DNA from: Candidatus Nezhaarchaeales archaeon
Lineage (GTDB): Archaea > Thermoproteota > Methanomethylicia > Nezhaarchaeales > WYZ-LMO8
Assembly (NCBI GenBank): GCA_038887515.1
Contig: JAWAKK010000002.1
Coordinates: 64,001-128,000 of the forward strand
Direction of reading: 5' to 3'
DNA: 64,000 bases
Shown in pieces: positions 28,151-38,936 of this stretch (the stretch's first letter is position 1; each line of letters starts with the position of its first letter). Both the position numbers and the translations under genes were made by a program. The notes beneath the pieces are model-generated. The model did no database searches and was not told the origin of the DNA. It was given only the letters and a program-made list of their open reading frames with translations.

Positions 28151-29041
28151 TTGAAGCTAGCCGTCGTCCATGACAGTAAGAGACCCGATCTCCCCTCTAG
28201 AGAGCTATTGGATGTAATTAAGAAGAAGGGTCTAACTCCACTGTTTTTGAGAATCTCAAGCTTATCGACTTCAATAAACGGTGAACAAGCTATCTTTTAT
28301 GGTAAACAAAAATTATCAGACATCGATGGAGCCATCGTTAGATCTATAGGTTCGACAATAAGTGTTGAACAATACGTTCGCAGAATAACGCTATTAAAGG
28401 AGATCGAACGGATGGGCGTAGTAGTTATGAACCCAGTTGAGGGAATGGTTAAGGCACGCGACAAGTACAACGCTCTCAGCATCCTTTCGAGTGCAGGAAT
28501 ACGCGTTCCCAGGACTATAGTAACAGAAGATATAGGGCTCGCTTACGATTTTGTCAGCAAAATTGGTAAAGCAGTTATAAAACCCCTCATGGGGTCCAGA
28601 GGTTATGGATCTGTGCTTGTCGAAGACCCAGAGGTAGCCTTTAGAATCTTTAAGACCTTGGCGAGTTTTAATCAAGTTATTTACGCTCAAGAATACATAG
28701 ACAAAAGCTCCTACGATGTGAGAATATTCGTTGTGGATGGGGAGGTCCTAGCATCTATAAAGAGATTTATTGCAAGACCGGGTGAGTGGCGTACAAACAT
28801 AGCTCAGGGAGGAAGGGCTAAAGCGTATAGCCCGCCTGAAGAACTTAGAGAGGTGGCCATAAAAGCATGTGAGGTTCTTGGTCTATGGTATGCAGGGGTT
28901 GACGTAGCTGAAACCGATAACGGCGGATACGTCATATTTGAGGTCAACGCTGCTCCCGATTGGCAAGGACTCTCAGAAGCAACAGGTGTTAAGCCCCCCG
29001 AAGCAATAGTAGACCTGATAATAAGAAAATGCAAGCATTAA
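28151..29041 (+). CDS. RimK/LysX-family ATP-grasp ligase
   Basis: DK, KP..GS.G.G, QEY, D.R, WR.N...GG, GVD, EVN. Confidence 0.9.
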   Translation: MKLAVVHDSKRPDLPSRELLDVIKKKGLTPLFLRISSLSTSINGEQAIFYGKQKLSDIDGAIVRSIGSTISVEQYVRRITLLKEIERMGVVVMNPVEGMVKARDKYNALSILSSAGIRVPRTIVTEDIGLAYDFVSKIGKAVIKPLMGSRGYGSVLVEDPEVAFRIFKTLASFNQVIYAQEYIDKSSYDVRIFVVDGEVLASIKRFIARPGEWRTNIAQGGRAKAYSPPEELREVAIKACEVLGLWYAGVDVAETDNGGYVIFEVNAAPDWQGLSEATGVKPPEAIVDLIIRKCKH

Positions 29042-29508
29042 TTTCCTTCTAAAAACTTCTCGTTGATTGTAATGAAGTTAGGTCCCCACTTAAATACTGA
29101 AAGTAGTCCTTTTGCTTGATCCTTAAAACCTAGTATATAGAGCGATGCGGCCAAGGCTTCTACCGTCGATAATACATAGGGGTTACCGAAATTGACTGGA
29201 TTTACGGCTATTAATCTCGGCAATTTTCTATGAAGTCCCTTAATCTTAACCTTGCTGAAGAAGTCTTCAGCGCTCTTCCACGAGCAATCTACTGCTAATA
29301 TACCTTGCTTTAAGGCAGTCTCTCTATCCTTAAACGATAAACAATCCTTCGCTAAAGGGTTCAAGACTATGCAGCCGCGAGGAGCGTCTCTCACTCTATA
29401 TATTGGTTTTACTAAGCTAAACTTAGCTAGCTTATTAGCTGTACACTTTTCTGGATCGCATTCTTCAACCATTAGAACATAAATCTTTACTCCGCGTTGC
29501 TCGTTCAT
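29038..29508 (-). CDS. tsr3: 16S rRNA aminocarboxypropyltransferase (DUF367)
   Basis: CDP.KCT..KL, DCSW, R.LP.L.A.NP.N.G...LST.EA, F.WG..F...N. Confidence 0.93.
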   Translation of the reverse strand: MNEQRGVKIYVLMVEECDPEKCTANKLAKFSLVKPIYRVRDAPRGCIVLNPLAKDCLSFKDRETALKQGILAVDCSWKSAEDFFSKVKIKGLHRKLPRLIAVNPVNFGNPYVLSTVEALAASLYILGFKDQAKGLLSVFKWGPNFITINEKFLEGN

Positions 29509-29592
29509 CGATGAAAACCTTCGATCAAAAACATATAAACTATGCTCCAATTACTAATTATTATTCAAACCCTTCAGGGGGAGGACAATAAT

Positions 29593-30852
29593 TTGTCGGA
29601 GTTTGAGTTCCTGACCTTAGATGATGTCGAACTCGAGGATAAGAGGGTATTGGTAAGAGTCGACATAAACTCTCCGATAGGACCTAGAGGAGAGATACTC
29701 GACGAGAACAGGATAAAAGAAGCCAGCGTCACCTTAAGGGAACTTAAAGAAAGTAAGGTAGTCGTGATATCGCATCAGGGTAGGCCCGGCAAAAGTGACT
29801 TCGTCTCTCTAGAAAGGCACGCCGCCATTTTAGAGAAATACGTTGGAAGGCCGGTGAAGTTCATAGACGACCTGATGGGACCGGCCGTGAGAGGCGAGGT
29901 CTCAAAGCTTAAGAACGGCGATGTACTATTGCTCGAAAATACTAGGATGTACTCTGAGGAAACCATAGAGGCGCCGATAGAGGAATGCGCCAAAACTTTT
30001 CTCGTACGAAAACTGAGCCCACTCTTCGATGTGTTTGTTAACGATGCTTTCCCGGCAGCACACAGATCTCAACCTTCACTGGTCGGTTTCGCTTACGTCC
30101 TCCCATCAGTTGCCGGGAGATTAGTCGAAAAAGAGCTCAAAGCTTTAAGGAGGATTATTCCCCAGCTCAAAAAGCCCATAGTCTACCTACTTGGAGGTGC
30201 AAAGGTAGGAGACAGGTTAGAGGTTATTGAAACGTTGGCGAAGACAGGGCTTGTCGATAAGATTGTTATCGGGGGACTTTTAGCACCAGTATTTCTTGAA
30301 GCGAGTGGAATGAACCTCTCAAATAGTAATGTAAAGAAGAATAAGGAGTTTGAAGGTTACGTCGAAAGAGCTAGAAAGTTGTTACGGTGGAGAGAAGACG
30401 TATTTTTATTGCCCGTAGATGTAGCCGTCGATAAAAATGGTGAGAGGGTAGAGTATCCGGTCAATAGCATCCCGAGCGAATACAAAATTAAAGACTTAGG
30501 AGTTAGGACCGTGGATAAGATAGTCGACGTAGTCTCTAGTGCCGGGAGCATAATTGCTAATGGTCCTCTAGGAGTCTTCGAAGAAGAGCCTTTCGCCGTA
30601 GCTACATTAGAGGTTCTAAAAGTGGTTTCGAAAAGTAATGCTGTAAGTATAATTAGCGGTGGACACTTAACTACGGCTCTTCGCAGGCTGAAAGCAGAAG
30701 ATAAAGTTACTTATACGAGTACAGCTGGAGGGGCATTACTTCATCTGCTTGCTGGCAAGAGGTTACCAATAATAGATGCCCTTGAAATAGGGAAAGCAAA
30801 CGCAGAAAAGCTAAAGTTGATTAAGAGAAAGAAGGAGGAGAAAGGGCTGTGA
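29593..30852 (+). CDS. pgk: Phosphoglycerate kinase
   Basis: RVDINSP, SHQGRPG, LEN.R, NDAF.AAHR, GGAK, NGP.G.FE; TTG start after GGAGG. Confidence 0.97.
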   Translation: MSEFEFLTLDDVELEDKRVLVRVDINSPIGPRGEILDENRIKEASVTLRELKESKVVVISHQGRPGKSDFVSLERHAAILEKYVGRPVKFIDDLMGPAVRGEVSKLKNGDVLLLENTRMYSEETIEAPIEECAKTFLVRKLSPLFDVFVNDAFPAAHRSQPSLVGFAYVLPSVAGRLVEKELKALRRIIPQLKKPIVYLLGGAKVGDRLEVIETLAKTGLVDKIVIGGLLAPVFLEASGMNLSNSNVKKNKEFEGYVERARKLLRWREDVFLLPVDVAVDKNGERVEYPVNSIPSEYKIKDLGVRTVDKIVDVVSSAGSIIANGPLGVFEEEPFAVATLEVLKVVSKSNAVSIISGGHLTTALRRLKAEDKVTYTSTAGGALLHLLAGKRLPIIDALEIGKANAEKLKLIKRKKEEKGL

Positions 30853-31883
30853 AGCCTAAAGTGAAGGTTTTAGTTAACGGCTACGGAGTTATAGGCAAGA
30901 GGGTTGCCGATGCCGTAGCTAAGCAAAACGACATGAAGCTTGTAGGGATATCGGATGTAGTTGCTGACTGGAGAGTTAAAATGGCTTCAAAGAAGGGTTA
31001 TAAAATCTTTTGCTCTTCGCCTGAAAGGCTTGAGCATATGAAGAAGGGAGGAATAGAAGTCGAGGGACTGATGACTGATGCCCTAAAAGATGTAGACGTT
31101 GTAGTTGATTGTACCCCAGCCAAGGTAGGTGCTAGGAACAAGGAAATCTATGTAAAGTACAACGTAAAAGCAATATTTGAAGGCGGTGAAGCGCACGAAA
31201 CAGCGGGAGTATCATTCGTTGCGACATGCAACTACCATGAAAGTCTAGGCAAACAGTTCACTAGGGTCGTTAGTTGCAATACTACTGCCCTCTGTAGGGT
31301 TCTCAATGCCTTAAAGAAGGCTTACCGGATCGTAAAGGCAAGGGCGGTAATAGTTAGAAGGGCTTGTGATGTATGGGAGTCGCATAAGTCCGGGATCATA
31401 AATACGATAGTCCCAGAGTTACACGTCCCATCACATCACGGCCCCGACGTTAAGACCGTCCTCCACGACGTGGACATAGTAACTATGGCCGCTAAGGGTT
31501 CTCACAACCTCTACCACATCCACTTCTGTATGATCGAATTAGAGGGCCAGCCAACCATCAGTGGAGTGTTGAAAGTCCTCGAAGAAGAGCCTCGAGTTAT
31601 CTTAGTTAGCGGCCGTGACGGCGTGGAGGCATTGAACTCGATAGTGGAGCTGGCAAGGGATTTAGGGAGACCTCGAGGAGACCTTTACGAGATACCCGTG
31701 TGGGAAGACGGAGTCTCAGTTAATGGTAACGAGGTATATTTAATGTGGGCTACCCCCAACGAATCTAACGTCATACCTGACAACATAGATGCGATTAGGG
31801 CCCTAACCGAGCTAGAAAGTGATTGGAAAGTTTCCGTAAAGAAGACCGACGAGAGTCTAGGGGTCCTCAATAAATTATACTAA
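30849..31883 (+). CDS. gap: Archaeal type II glyceraldehyde-3-phosphate dehydrogenase
   Basis: [32 protein letters not shown]. Confidence 0.97.
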   Translation: MKPKVKVLVNGYGVIGKRVADAVAKQNDMKLVGISDVVADWRVKMASKKGYKIFCSSPERLEHMKKGGIEVEGLMTDALKDVDVVVDCTPAKVGARNKEIYVKYNVKAIFEGGEAHETAGVSFVATCNYHESLGKQFTRVVSCNTTALCRVLNALKKAYRIVKARAVIVRRACDVWESHKSGIINTIVPELHVPSHHGPDVKTVLHDVDIVTMAAKGSHNLYHIHFCMIELEGQPTISGVLKVLEEEPRVILVSGRDGVEALNSIVELARDLGRPRGDLYEIPVWEDGVSVNGNEVYLMWATPNESNVIPDNIDAIRALTELESDWKVSVKKTDESLGVLNKLY

Positions 31884-32384
31884 GGTACTAGCTCTGCGTT
31901 TCTTTAAGTAGTTGACTAGACCTTCCTCCTTCAATATTTCCATCAACATACTTGGCATCGGAGTAGCCTTAAACGTTAGAGACCTCGTCAGGTTCTTGAC
32001 TATACCTTGAGCCAAGTCTATTTCGATTAAGTCCCCTTCGTTCGTCTTCTCTGATATACCTCTGACCTCAAGAACTGGGAGACCTATATTTATTGAATTT
32101 CTAAAGAAGATTCGTGCAAAGCTTTCTGCAACTACAGCAGCTATGCCCGCAGCCTTTATGGCTAATGGAGCTTGTTCCCTGCTAGATCCGCAACCAAAGT
32201 TCTTACCTGCAACTATTATATCGCCGGGCCTCACCTTTTTGGGAAACTCGGGGTCTACTCCTTCCATAACGTGTTGAGCAAGCTCCTTTGGATCAATAGT
32301 TCTAGCTTTGTACTTGAAGGGTATTATTACGTCGGTATCTATATTGTCGCCAAACTTCCAAGCAGTACCTCGAATCACATTCAT
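31875..32384 (-). CDS. leuD: Isopropylmalate isomerase/homoaconitase small subunit
   Basis: [33 protein letters not shown]; loop YKART is HacB-like. Confidence 0.9.
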   Translation of the reverse strand: MNVIRGTAWKFGDNIDTDVIIPFKYKARTIDPKELAQHVMEGVDPEFPKKVRPGDIIVAGKNFGCGSSREQAPLAIKAAGIAAVVAESFARIFFRNSINIGLPVLEVRGISEKTNEGDLIEIDLAQGIVKNLTRSLTFKATPMPSMLMEILKEEGLVNYLKKRRASTLV

Positions 32385-33661
32385 AGGAAGTCCCTCGGAT
32401 CAGCTATAGCACCTCTTATGGCTGACGCAGCAACTGTTGCTGGAGAAGCTAAATAAACTTTAGAGGTGGGATGCCCCATCCGGCCGACAAAGTTCCTGTT
32501 ACTTGAAGAAATAGCTACTTCGCCCTCACCTAAAATTCCTAGGTGGGTGCCAACGCATGCTCCGCATGTAGGGTTAGTCACTATTGCACCTGATTCTAGG
32601 AGCGTTTCTATTATCCCGAGTCTTAGTGCTTCACGATAAACTTTCGTAGATGCCGGGGTTACTATGAGTCTAACACCCTCTTTGACCCTTCTCCCCGCAA
32701 GTATTTTAGCGGCCTCTATGAGGTCTTCGAGGCGACCATTCGTGCAACTACCTATGAAGGCTTGGTCTATAGGTGTTCCCTCTACTTCGGCTACTGATTT
32801 GACGTTATCTACTTTATGGGGAGTAGCCACGAGAGGTTCAAGTTTCGAGCAGTCTATGTGTATCTCGTCCTCCACTTCCGCTCTTCGGCCCGACCTCACT
32901 ACAATGCTAGGACTCCTACCAACTTCGTTGAGATAACTTTCTGTGACGGAATCGTACTCTACCATGGCGTTCTTAGCTCCAGCTTCCATACTCATGTTGC
33001 ACAGCGTAGCTCTAGAAGCTACGGAGAGTCTTGAGATCACTTCCCCCCTCCATTCAATCGACTTGTAATTTGCACCATCGCTACCTACGCTCCCTATGAA
33101 GCTTAGCGCTACGTCCTTGGCGTAGACACCTTTAGTTAAGTAGCCGTCGAGATAGACCCTTATAGTTGACGGCACTTTAAGCCATATATTTCCTTCAAGC
33201 ATTACTGCCGCAAGTTCTGTACTTCCTATACCTGTAGCGAACGCACCTAGAGCGCCATGAGTTGTGGTGTGAGAGTCCGCGCCCACTATAAGCATTCCAG
33301 GCGTAGCGTAATCTTCAAGTATTACTTGGTGGATTATGCTACCTTCAACGACCCTTATGCCTTGCTTACGAGCAAAAACCCTCATCATTTTATGGAGATT
33401 CGAGATCTCTGGTGATGATGATGGATACGTGTGATCTATAACAAATAGTATCTTGCTTGGATCCCAAACTCTTCCTCCCCCCATTTCTTCAAAGACTTTT
33501 ATTGCGAGGGGGGTCGTGCCGTCTTGGCCAGCAGCCAAGTCCACTGAGACTACTGCGATCTCTCCAGATCTTTTCACGTTTCTCGAATCGGTTTGCTTTA
33601 TAGTTATGATCTTTTCCGCGAAAGTCAGGCCTTCATCGTTTAAAACCGTTTTTAAATCCAT
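32381..33661 (-). CDS. leuC: Isopropylmalate isomerase/homoaconitase large subunit
   Basis: DH, DSHT..HGA.G, GSCTNGR, CG.C.G, NRNF.GRMG. Confidence 0.92.
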   Translation of the reverse strand: MDLKTVLNDEGLTFAEKIITIKQTDSRNVKRSGEIAVVSVDLAAGQDGTTPLAIKVFEEMGGGRVWDPSKILFVIDHTYPSSSPEISNLHKMMRVFARKQGIRVVEGSIIHQVILEDYATPGMLIVGADSHTTTHGALGAFATGIGSTELAAVMLEGNIWLKVPSTIRVYLDGYLTKGVYAKDVALSFIGSVGSDGANYKSIEWRGEVISRLSVASRATLCNMSMEAGAKNAMVEYDSVTESYLNEVGRSPSIVVRSGRRAEVEDEIHIDCSKLEPLVATPHKVDNVKSVAEVEGTPIDQAFIGSCTNGRLEDLIEAAKILAGRRVKEGVRLIVTPASTKVYREALRLGIIETLLESGAIVTNPTCGACVGTHLGILGEGEVAISSSNRNFVGRMGHPTSKVYLASPATVAASAIRGAIADPRDFL

Positions 33662-33773
33662 AACTAGGCCCTCGCCTTGAGAAGGCAGACATGTTATGAG
33701 AGGTCTAATACTTGCCGTATTTAAACCTTAATGTTGCCTTAGTGCTATGAGAAAGCGGACTAGAGGGTTATAT

Positions 33774-33831
33774 GGGTCAGCTCGTCGCGAGATCTTCATG
33801 TCTCAGTAGCCTGGGACGGCTTCTTCATCCC
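33774..33831 (-). ncRNA. Box C/D sRNA overlapping the 3' end of pop5
   Basis: ggg-ATGAAGA-agccgtcccaggcta-CTGA-gac-ATGAAGA-tctcgcgacgag-CTGA-ccc; D guide complements 23S CGTCGCGAGA. Confidence 0.85.
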
Positions 33832-34191
33832 CGATTCGAGTTCCTCTAGGTAGGATTTAAGTTTTTCAGCAAACCTATTAGCTATGGATCTTGCTTTTTT
33901 GAGAGTACCGCTCACCCTCACTACATGTGCCGCTAACGGCCCGTCTCGTGTCGAGCTGAGGAGAGCTATAGCTGCCCTAATCATCGTGAGGGAATTGTGG
34001 GGACACTTCAAGATGCCTATCTTACTTAGTTCATTGTATGCTACGATCTTGAATGGATGTTTTGAAAGACCATAAATTCCCAGGAAAGATCTAAAGTGCT
34101 TCCTTAATATATCGCTCAAGTCCTCGCCCTTCAAGTTGAGCGGAGAATGTATGTGGATGATTAAATATCGCCACCTGACTTCCTTCACCAT
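33796..34191 (-). CDS. rnp2: RNase P protein Pop5/Rpp14
   Basis: R.RYL, G..G, GI.KC, VSGTLKKA; follows rpp30. Confidence 0.9.
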   Translation of the reverse strand: MVKEVRWRYLIIHIHSPLNLKGEDLSDILRKHFRSFLGIYGLSKHPFKIVAYNELSKIGILKCPHNSLTMIRAAIALLSSTRDGPLAAHVVRVSGTLKKARSIANRFAEKLKSYLEELESGMKKPSQATET

Positions 34192-34907
34192 TCTTTTACC
34201 ACCTTGACTCCGGGTAATATGAAGCTTTGGCTAAGCTTCTCTCGGTTTGCTTGCACAAGTCTTAATGGTACTGACGAAACCATTTCTCGCGCGTATTCTT
34301 CATCCTCTAAGATTATGGACGCTAAAGCTGAAAGCTCCCGAGGGGCTCTCATGTCTACGATTTTCGTAGCTCCCGAGGAGATGATTATAGGTATACCTTT
34401 CTTCTTAACTTTTTTAAGCGCTAAACCATAGTGCCACAATGCTTTAGCCTGCTTTTCGGGGCTAATACCTAGTAGGTCGGAGAGATTAACCTCGACGCAG
34501 TGGCCGCTCTCGAGAAGTAAGTTCACCTGTCTTTCATCAAGTATTGAGAGAATGTTTTCTGGATCGTAAAAAGTTATGTCAACTCTACGGTCACGCGCCG
34601 CTGTCCTCGCGACCGCTACATTATAGCAATAGACCGCCATTATTTCTACGCTACGTCTAAACTTTCCCAAGCATTTTTTTAACTCCTTAGGACTTGAAGG
34701 TTTTAAGTCCAACCTTAACGCTATGTCGACGCCGAAGTCCTTTCCAGCGCCTTTGACGGTCCCTAGACGGTTTAGCTCGTAAGGTTCATCGAGCGATAAT
34801 GCTATGAGTGAAAAGCCTAGGTGTTTTGCCATCTTGATTAAGAGCTCTGGCGCGTCGCCTCCGCTTGTAACCTTGATGTGTAGATCCGCATATCTTCTCC
34901 TAGGCAT
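34185..34907 (-). CDS. rnp3: RNase P protein Rpp30
   Basis: DLH, R.A..D.RVD, SSGA.....MRAPREL; synteny. Confidence 0.9.
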   Translation of the reverse strand: MPRRRYADLHIKVTSGGDAPELLIKMAKHLGFSLIALSLDEPYELNRLGTVKGAGKDFGVDIALRLDLKPSSPKELKKCLGKFRRSVEIMAVYCYNVAVARTAARDRRVDITFYDPENILSILDERQVNLLLESGHCVEVNLSDLLGISPEKQAKALWHYGLALKKVKKKGIPIIISSGATKIVDMRAPRELSALASIILEDEEYAREMVSSVPLRLVQANREKLSQSFILPGVKVVKEW

Positions 34908-34924
34908 GTTACATGCGCCTCACA

Positions 34925-35365
34925 TTATAAACTGAGCAGGAGGGCCCTTATTGCATCTTGAGAAGGACCCTTAAAGCTGAATACCACTTTAACTACGTCA
35001 TCACCAAACGATAGTTTAACTAAGCCTAGGAAGGCCCCTTGCTTGTCGAGCCTTACGTGGAGCCTCATCTTCTCGTCTATGTGTAGGTCTAAGTTCGTAA
35101 GTATGTACGTCTTTTCCTCGCTAGAGAGGGCGTTCCAGATCCATGAGAGAGCTTGATTGGCCTGCTCTGGGTTCCTAAAAGATACTTTGGCTATCCTTAT
35201 CGGATTGTTGTAGTGTCCAAGTGTTTCCTCTACCTTGATACTCATTCTCGACCTGATTTTTGGAGGTAATAGGTTTTCAACTGCTTTGATTACTTTATTG
35301 TAGTCCTCCGTGGCATGTATAAAGACTGTATATTCGACTGAGGTGAGCTTCGCGTTAAGGCTCAT
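34925..35365 (-). CDS. COG1325 / DUF54-like RNA-binding protein (exosome/RNase P cluster)
   Basis: HATED..KV, GH..N.I, RLDKQ.A..G. Confidence 0.88.
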   Translation of the reverse strand: MSLNAKLTSVEYTVFIHATEDYNKVIKAVENLLPPKIRSRMSIKVEETLGHYNNPIRIAKVSFRNPEQANQALSWIWNALSSEEKTYILTNLDLHIDEKMRLHVRLDKQGAFLGLVKLSFGDDVVKVVFSFKGPSQDAIRALLLSL

Positions 35366-36174
35366 GACTTGATCAATCCATCGTTATGGCTTAAAGCACG
35401 CGCCCTCTCCCATCTTCGATTAAAGGCATCAATAAATACCTTTATTAGCCCTAGGTTTTCGGTGTAATGAGGTCTGTAGTAAGACGTCTTTTTCTCCGTA
35501 ACCCATATCAGAAAGACAAGTTTGCTCTCATCAACTAGAGTACCCCTAACTGGGTACCACTCTTCAACCGCGTACCTAACTTCCGCCCCATTCTCGACGA
35601 GGTCCTTAGCGGTCTCCACAGATTGATTGCTTCCTGCTTTCATTAAGACTCTAATTCTAACGCCGCGCTGAATAGCGCTCAGAAGTAGCTCTCTCACCTT
35701 GCGGTACCACTCGAACGACGCCGTGAAAATAGAGATGTTACGTTGTGCTTGTGAAATGATCTCTGCGGTTTTAATCTCCATAGATCTCAAGTCGTCTAGA
35801 GGCTCTATCAGTAGCTCGTCCCTTATGCCATACCTCTTCTCCCAATACTTGCCCTCTAAAGCTTCTCTTACGACATGAAGGCTCTCTCTAAGCTCAGCCA
35901 GCTCGCTCTCTAAGTATCTAGTCTTAATTCCTAAGAGTATCTCTACGGTTTTTGACGGGGGAATCACGTCGTACCTGTCATGGTTTAACTGCTTTACGAG
36001 CCCTTTAGTTATAAGTGATGCCAATGCTTGTCTCACATCACTCAAGGATGCTCTTAGAGCACTACACAGTTCCGCTTCTCCTTTTTGGGGATTTTCATTC
36101 AAGAAGACGTATATCTCCGACTCAAGCTGTGTAAGTCCAGATTTCTTGAGGTTCTCTACAATGGTTGATGACAT
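35362..36174 (-). CDS. TrmB family transcriptional regulator
   Basis: GLT..E..IY, L..L..KGLV wHTH; PLD-like C-terminal domain with RGV.IRVL. Confidence 0.85.
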   Translation of the reverse strand: MSSTIVENLKKSGLTQLESEIYVFLNENPQKGEAELCSALRASLSDVRQALASLITKGLVKQLNHDRYDVIPPSKTVEILLGIKTRYLESELAELRESLHVVREALEGKYWEKRYGIRDELLIEPLDDLRSMEIKTAEIISQAQRNISIFTASFEWYRKVRELLLSAIQRGVRIRVLMKAGSNQSVETAKDLVENGAEVRYAVEEWYPVRGTLVDESKLVFLIWVTEKKTSYYRPHYTENLGLIKVFIDAFNRRWERARALSHNDGLIKS

Positions 36175-36224
36175 GCTAGGAGTTCACCGTGAAATAACTA
36201 CTTGGAATACCTTATTAACACATC

Positions 36225-37160
36225 TTAGAAGGTGTCTCGCAGAGCTTTAAAGACCTCTTCGGCTATCATGAACCCAGCTATCGTCTGAGCCTCCAAAGTT
36301 TGAGAAGCTATGTGAGGTGTCGCTACAACGTTTGGTAACCTTATAAGTTCCCATTCCTCTTCAGTTTTAGGAGGTTCGTTCTCAAAGACGTCCAACGCGG
36401 CTCCTGATAACTTGCCATTCTTTAACGCTTTGAGGAGGGCTTTTGTATCGACTATTCCTCCTCTTGAAGTGTTTACCAGAATTGCTCCATCCTTCATGAG
36501 AGAGATCTCTCTTTCACCTATCATACGTCGCGTGTTTTCGTTAAGCGGTATATGTAAGGTTACTATGTCGCTCTCCTTTAGTAACTCTTCGAGTGTTGAT
36601 GCTACCTTGACCCCCATGCTCTCAGCTTCCTTTCTAATATCTCTTATATCATAGGCTATTACCTTCATCTCAAATGAAAGGGCCCTCTTAGCAACCGCTT
36701 TGCCTATACGCCCAAAACCTATGATTCCTAGAACTTTCCCCCTAAGTTCAAATCCCATGAATTTATTCTTTAACCATAAGCCTTCCTTCAAAGTCCTAGT
36801 AGCTTCAGGTATCATTCGAGCGAGTGATAGAATGAGAGCCACGGTAGCTTCTGCGACAGCTACGGTTGAAGCTTGAGGGGTAGAGACAACCTTTATGTTC
36901 TTCTCTGAAGCAGCCTTGATATCTATGTTATCAAGCCCAACGCCAGCTCTCCCTATAACTTTGAGGTTACAGGCCTCCATTATTATGTCTCGAGTAAGTT
37001 TCGTTTTTCCCCTTACTATTAGGGCATCGTACTCTTTGACTGCTCTTATTAAATCCTCCTTACTTAATGAGGGCTTTACGTCAACTATGCAACCCTTGGA
37101 CTTAAAGAAGTCAGCGCATGATTCATGAACGTCGTCTGTTATCAATATTTTGAAGGTCAC
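36225..37160 (-). CDS. D-2-hydroxyacid dehydrogenase (SerA-like, no ACT domain)
   Basis: RAGVGLDNID, G.IG.G.IG, N.SRG, ALDVF..EP, TPHI. Confidence 0.92.
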   Translation of the reverse strand: MTFKILITDDVHESCADFFKSKGCIVDVKPSLSKEDLIRAVKEYDALIVRGKTKLTRDIIMEACNLKVIGRAGVGLDNIDIKAASEKNIKVVSTPQASTVAVAEATVALILSLARMIPEATRTLKEGLWLKNKFMGFELRGKVLGIIGFGRIGKAVAKRALSFEMKVIAYDIRDIRKEAESMGVKVASTLEELLKESDIVTLHIPLNENTRRMIGEREISLMKDGAILVNTSRGGIVDTKALLKALKNGKLSGAALDVFENEPPKTEEEWELIRLPNVVATPHIASQTLEAQTIAGFMIAEEVFKALRDTF

Positions 37161-37306
37161 ATCATAGCACCTCGATGTCGAGCTCTCACAAGTGCCTACA
37201 TATCATTGAGGCCTCTTATATTTTTAATTCTAGTTAAAATGAAAAGCATAGAAAGCTAGCCGACAAGAATTTACTAAACTAAAAAATTAATAATACGTGT
37301 TTTAAA

Positions 37307-38527
37307 ATGCCAGAAGTAGCAATAGTAGGAAAGACGAACGTCGGTAAGAGTACGCTATTTAGTGCTTTGACTATGTTACCGGTTAAAATAGAGGCAAGAC
37401 CGTTTACGACCATAAAACCCAACGTTGGGATAGCATATCTAAAGGTTAATTGCGTTTGTAAGGAAATGAACGTTAAGGATAATCCCAAAAACTCCATATG
37501 CAAAGACGGTGTTAGATACATCCCGGTTAAGGTAATAGATCTCGCAGGACTTATACCAGGAGCCCACGAAGGAAGAGGGCTGGGGAACAAGTTTTTAGAT
37601 GAAATGCGAACAGCTGATGGAATAATACACGTAGTCGATGCCTCAGGTTCTACAGACTTTGAAGGAAGGCCTTGCCCCCCAAAGTCTCATGACCCCCTTC
37701 TTGACGTTGAAATGATAGAAAGAGAAGTGAACTTTTGGATTTTAGGAATGTTGAAGCAGGATTGGGCCAAGATTTCGAGATCGGCAGAACACGGTAAGTC
37801 TAAGGCTGAAGAGGTCATAGCTTTAAGGCTCAGCGGCTTAAAGATCTCCGTTAAACATGTTAGAGAGACTCTTGAAGAATTGGACCTTGTAAATAAGAAG
37901 CTTAGCGCGTGGAGTGAAGACACTATCTTGACCTTCATCAGACACCTTTTTAGGAGAGCCAAGCCCTTCGTCATTGCTGCGAATAAGAGCGATATACCTG
38001 AAAGCGTGGAAAACGTAAAGAGACTTAGAGAGCTCTACGGTTATGACACAGTAATACCTTGTAGCGCGGAAGCCGAATTAGCTCTTCGAAGGGCTGCTGA
38101 GAAGGGTTTAATTGAATATACGCCAGGCGATAGCTCATTTAAGATAATAAGTCGTGAGAGGTTAACTAATGAGCAAATTAAAGCCTTAGAGACAATTAAG
38201 CAAAGAGTCTTAGATGTTTGGGGATCAACTGGGGTCCAAGAAGTCCTAAATACCATGTACTTCAAGAAGCTAAACATGATACCGGTGTATCCAGTCGCAG
38301 ATCCCGATAAGTTGACCGATAGTGAAGGCAATGTACTACCGGACGTCTACTTAGTCCCACGAGGCACTACGGTTCGAGAGTTGGCTTACCTAGTCCATTC
38401 AGAGCTAGGTGAAAGCTTCGTATATGCTATTGATGCAAGGAGTAAGATAAGGCTAGGCGAAGATACCGTTTTAAAGGAGAATGATATAATATCAATCGTG
38501 GCAGCTAAAAAGCTAAAGAGGAAGTAG
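37307..38527 (+). CDS. ychF: Obg-family YchF-like NTPase with TGS domain
   Basis: GK.NVGKST, PFTTI.PN, D.AGL..GAH.G.GLGN.FL, NK.D. Confidence 0.93.
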   Translation: MPEVAIVGKTNVGKSTLFSALTMLPVKIEARPFTTIKPNVGIAYLKVNCVCKEMNVKDNPKNSICKDGVRYIPVKVIDLAGLIPGAHEGRGLGNKFLDEMRTADGIIHVVDASGSTDFEGRPCPPKSHDPLLDVEMIEREVNFWILGMLKQDWAKISRSAEHGKSKAEEVIALRLSGLKISVKHVRETLEELDLVNKKLSAWSEDTILTFIRHLFRRAKPFVIAANKSDIPESVENVKRLRELYGYDTVIPCSAEAELALRRAAEKGLIEYTPGDSSFKIISRERLTNEQIKALETIKQRVLDVWGSTGVQEVLNTMYFKKLNMIPVYPVADPDKLTDSEGNVLPDVYLVPRGTTVRELAYLVHSELGESFVYAIDARSKIRLGEDTVLKENDIISIVAAKKLKRK

Positions 38528-38528
38528 T

Positions 38529-38876
38529 ATGATAGACATCGATCTTGAAGAACTTAGAAGGAAGTACCCTCATTTAGCTCGAGAATTAGAGGAGAAGCTG
38601 ATGTGCATTAAGATTAGGGGTTCTAGGACTAATGAAGAGGACCTCGAAGTCGGCATGCCTGATGCCGTCGATTATATAAGGCGCTGCAAGAGCTTTCAAG
38701 AGGCTGAAGAGGTCATAAACTTCTTGGAGAAAACCGATCAGATTTCGAAGTCGAAAGCGGAAGAGTTAAGAGAACAACTTTATTCTCAAGGGCTAGAGAG
38801 TTTTGGTCCCCGCAAGGAGTTTGGCTACTACGTTAAGAGGTACTTAAATGAGAAGACTACAGACTCCTCGACCTGA
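38529..38876 (+). CDS. DUF2095 family protein
   Basis: KYPHLA.EL, P...DY.RRC....EA.EVI..L, G..SFG..K..GYY. Confidence 0.85.
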   Translation: MIDIDLEELRRKYPHLARELEEKLMCIKIRGSRTNEEDLEVGMPDAVDYIRRCKSFQEAEEVINFLEKTDQISKSKAEELREQLYSQGLESFGPRKEFGYYVKRYLNEKTTDSST

Positions 38877-38936
38877 TAACACTTAAATGTAGGACCCAAA
38901 ATATAAACGATAGCTTTAGCCCAGCTAGGGGGGAAC

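Noticed and set aside
36183-36193. TTCAC-C-GTGAA dyad before trmB considered as a TrmB (TGM-like) operator
   Set aside because: The arms are only 5 bp, it overlaps the SD GGTGA, and the spacing differs from TATCAC-N5-GTGATA.
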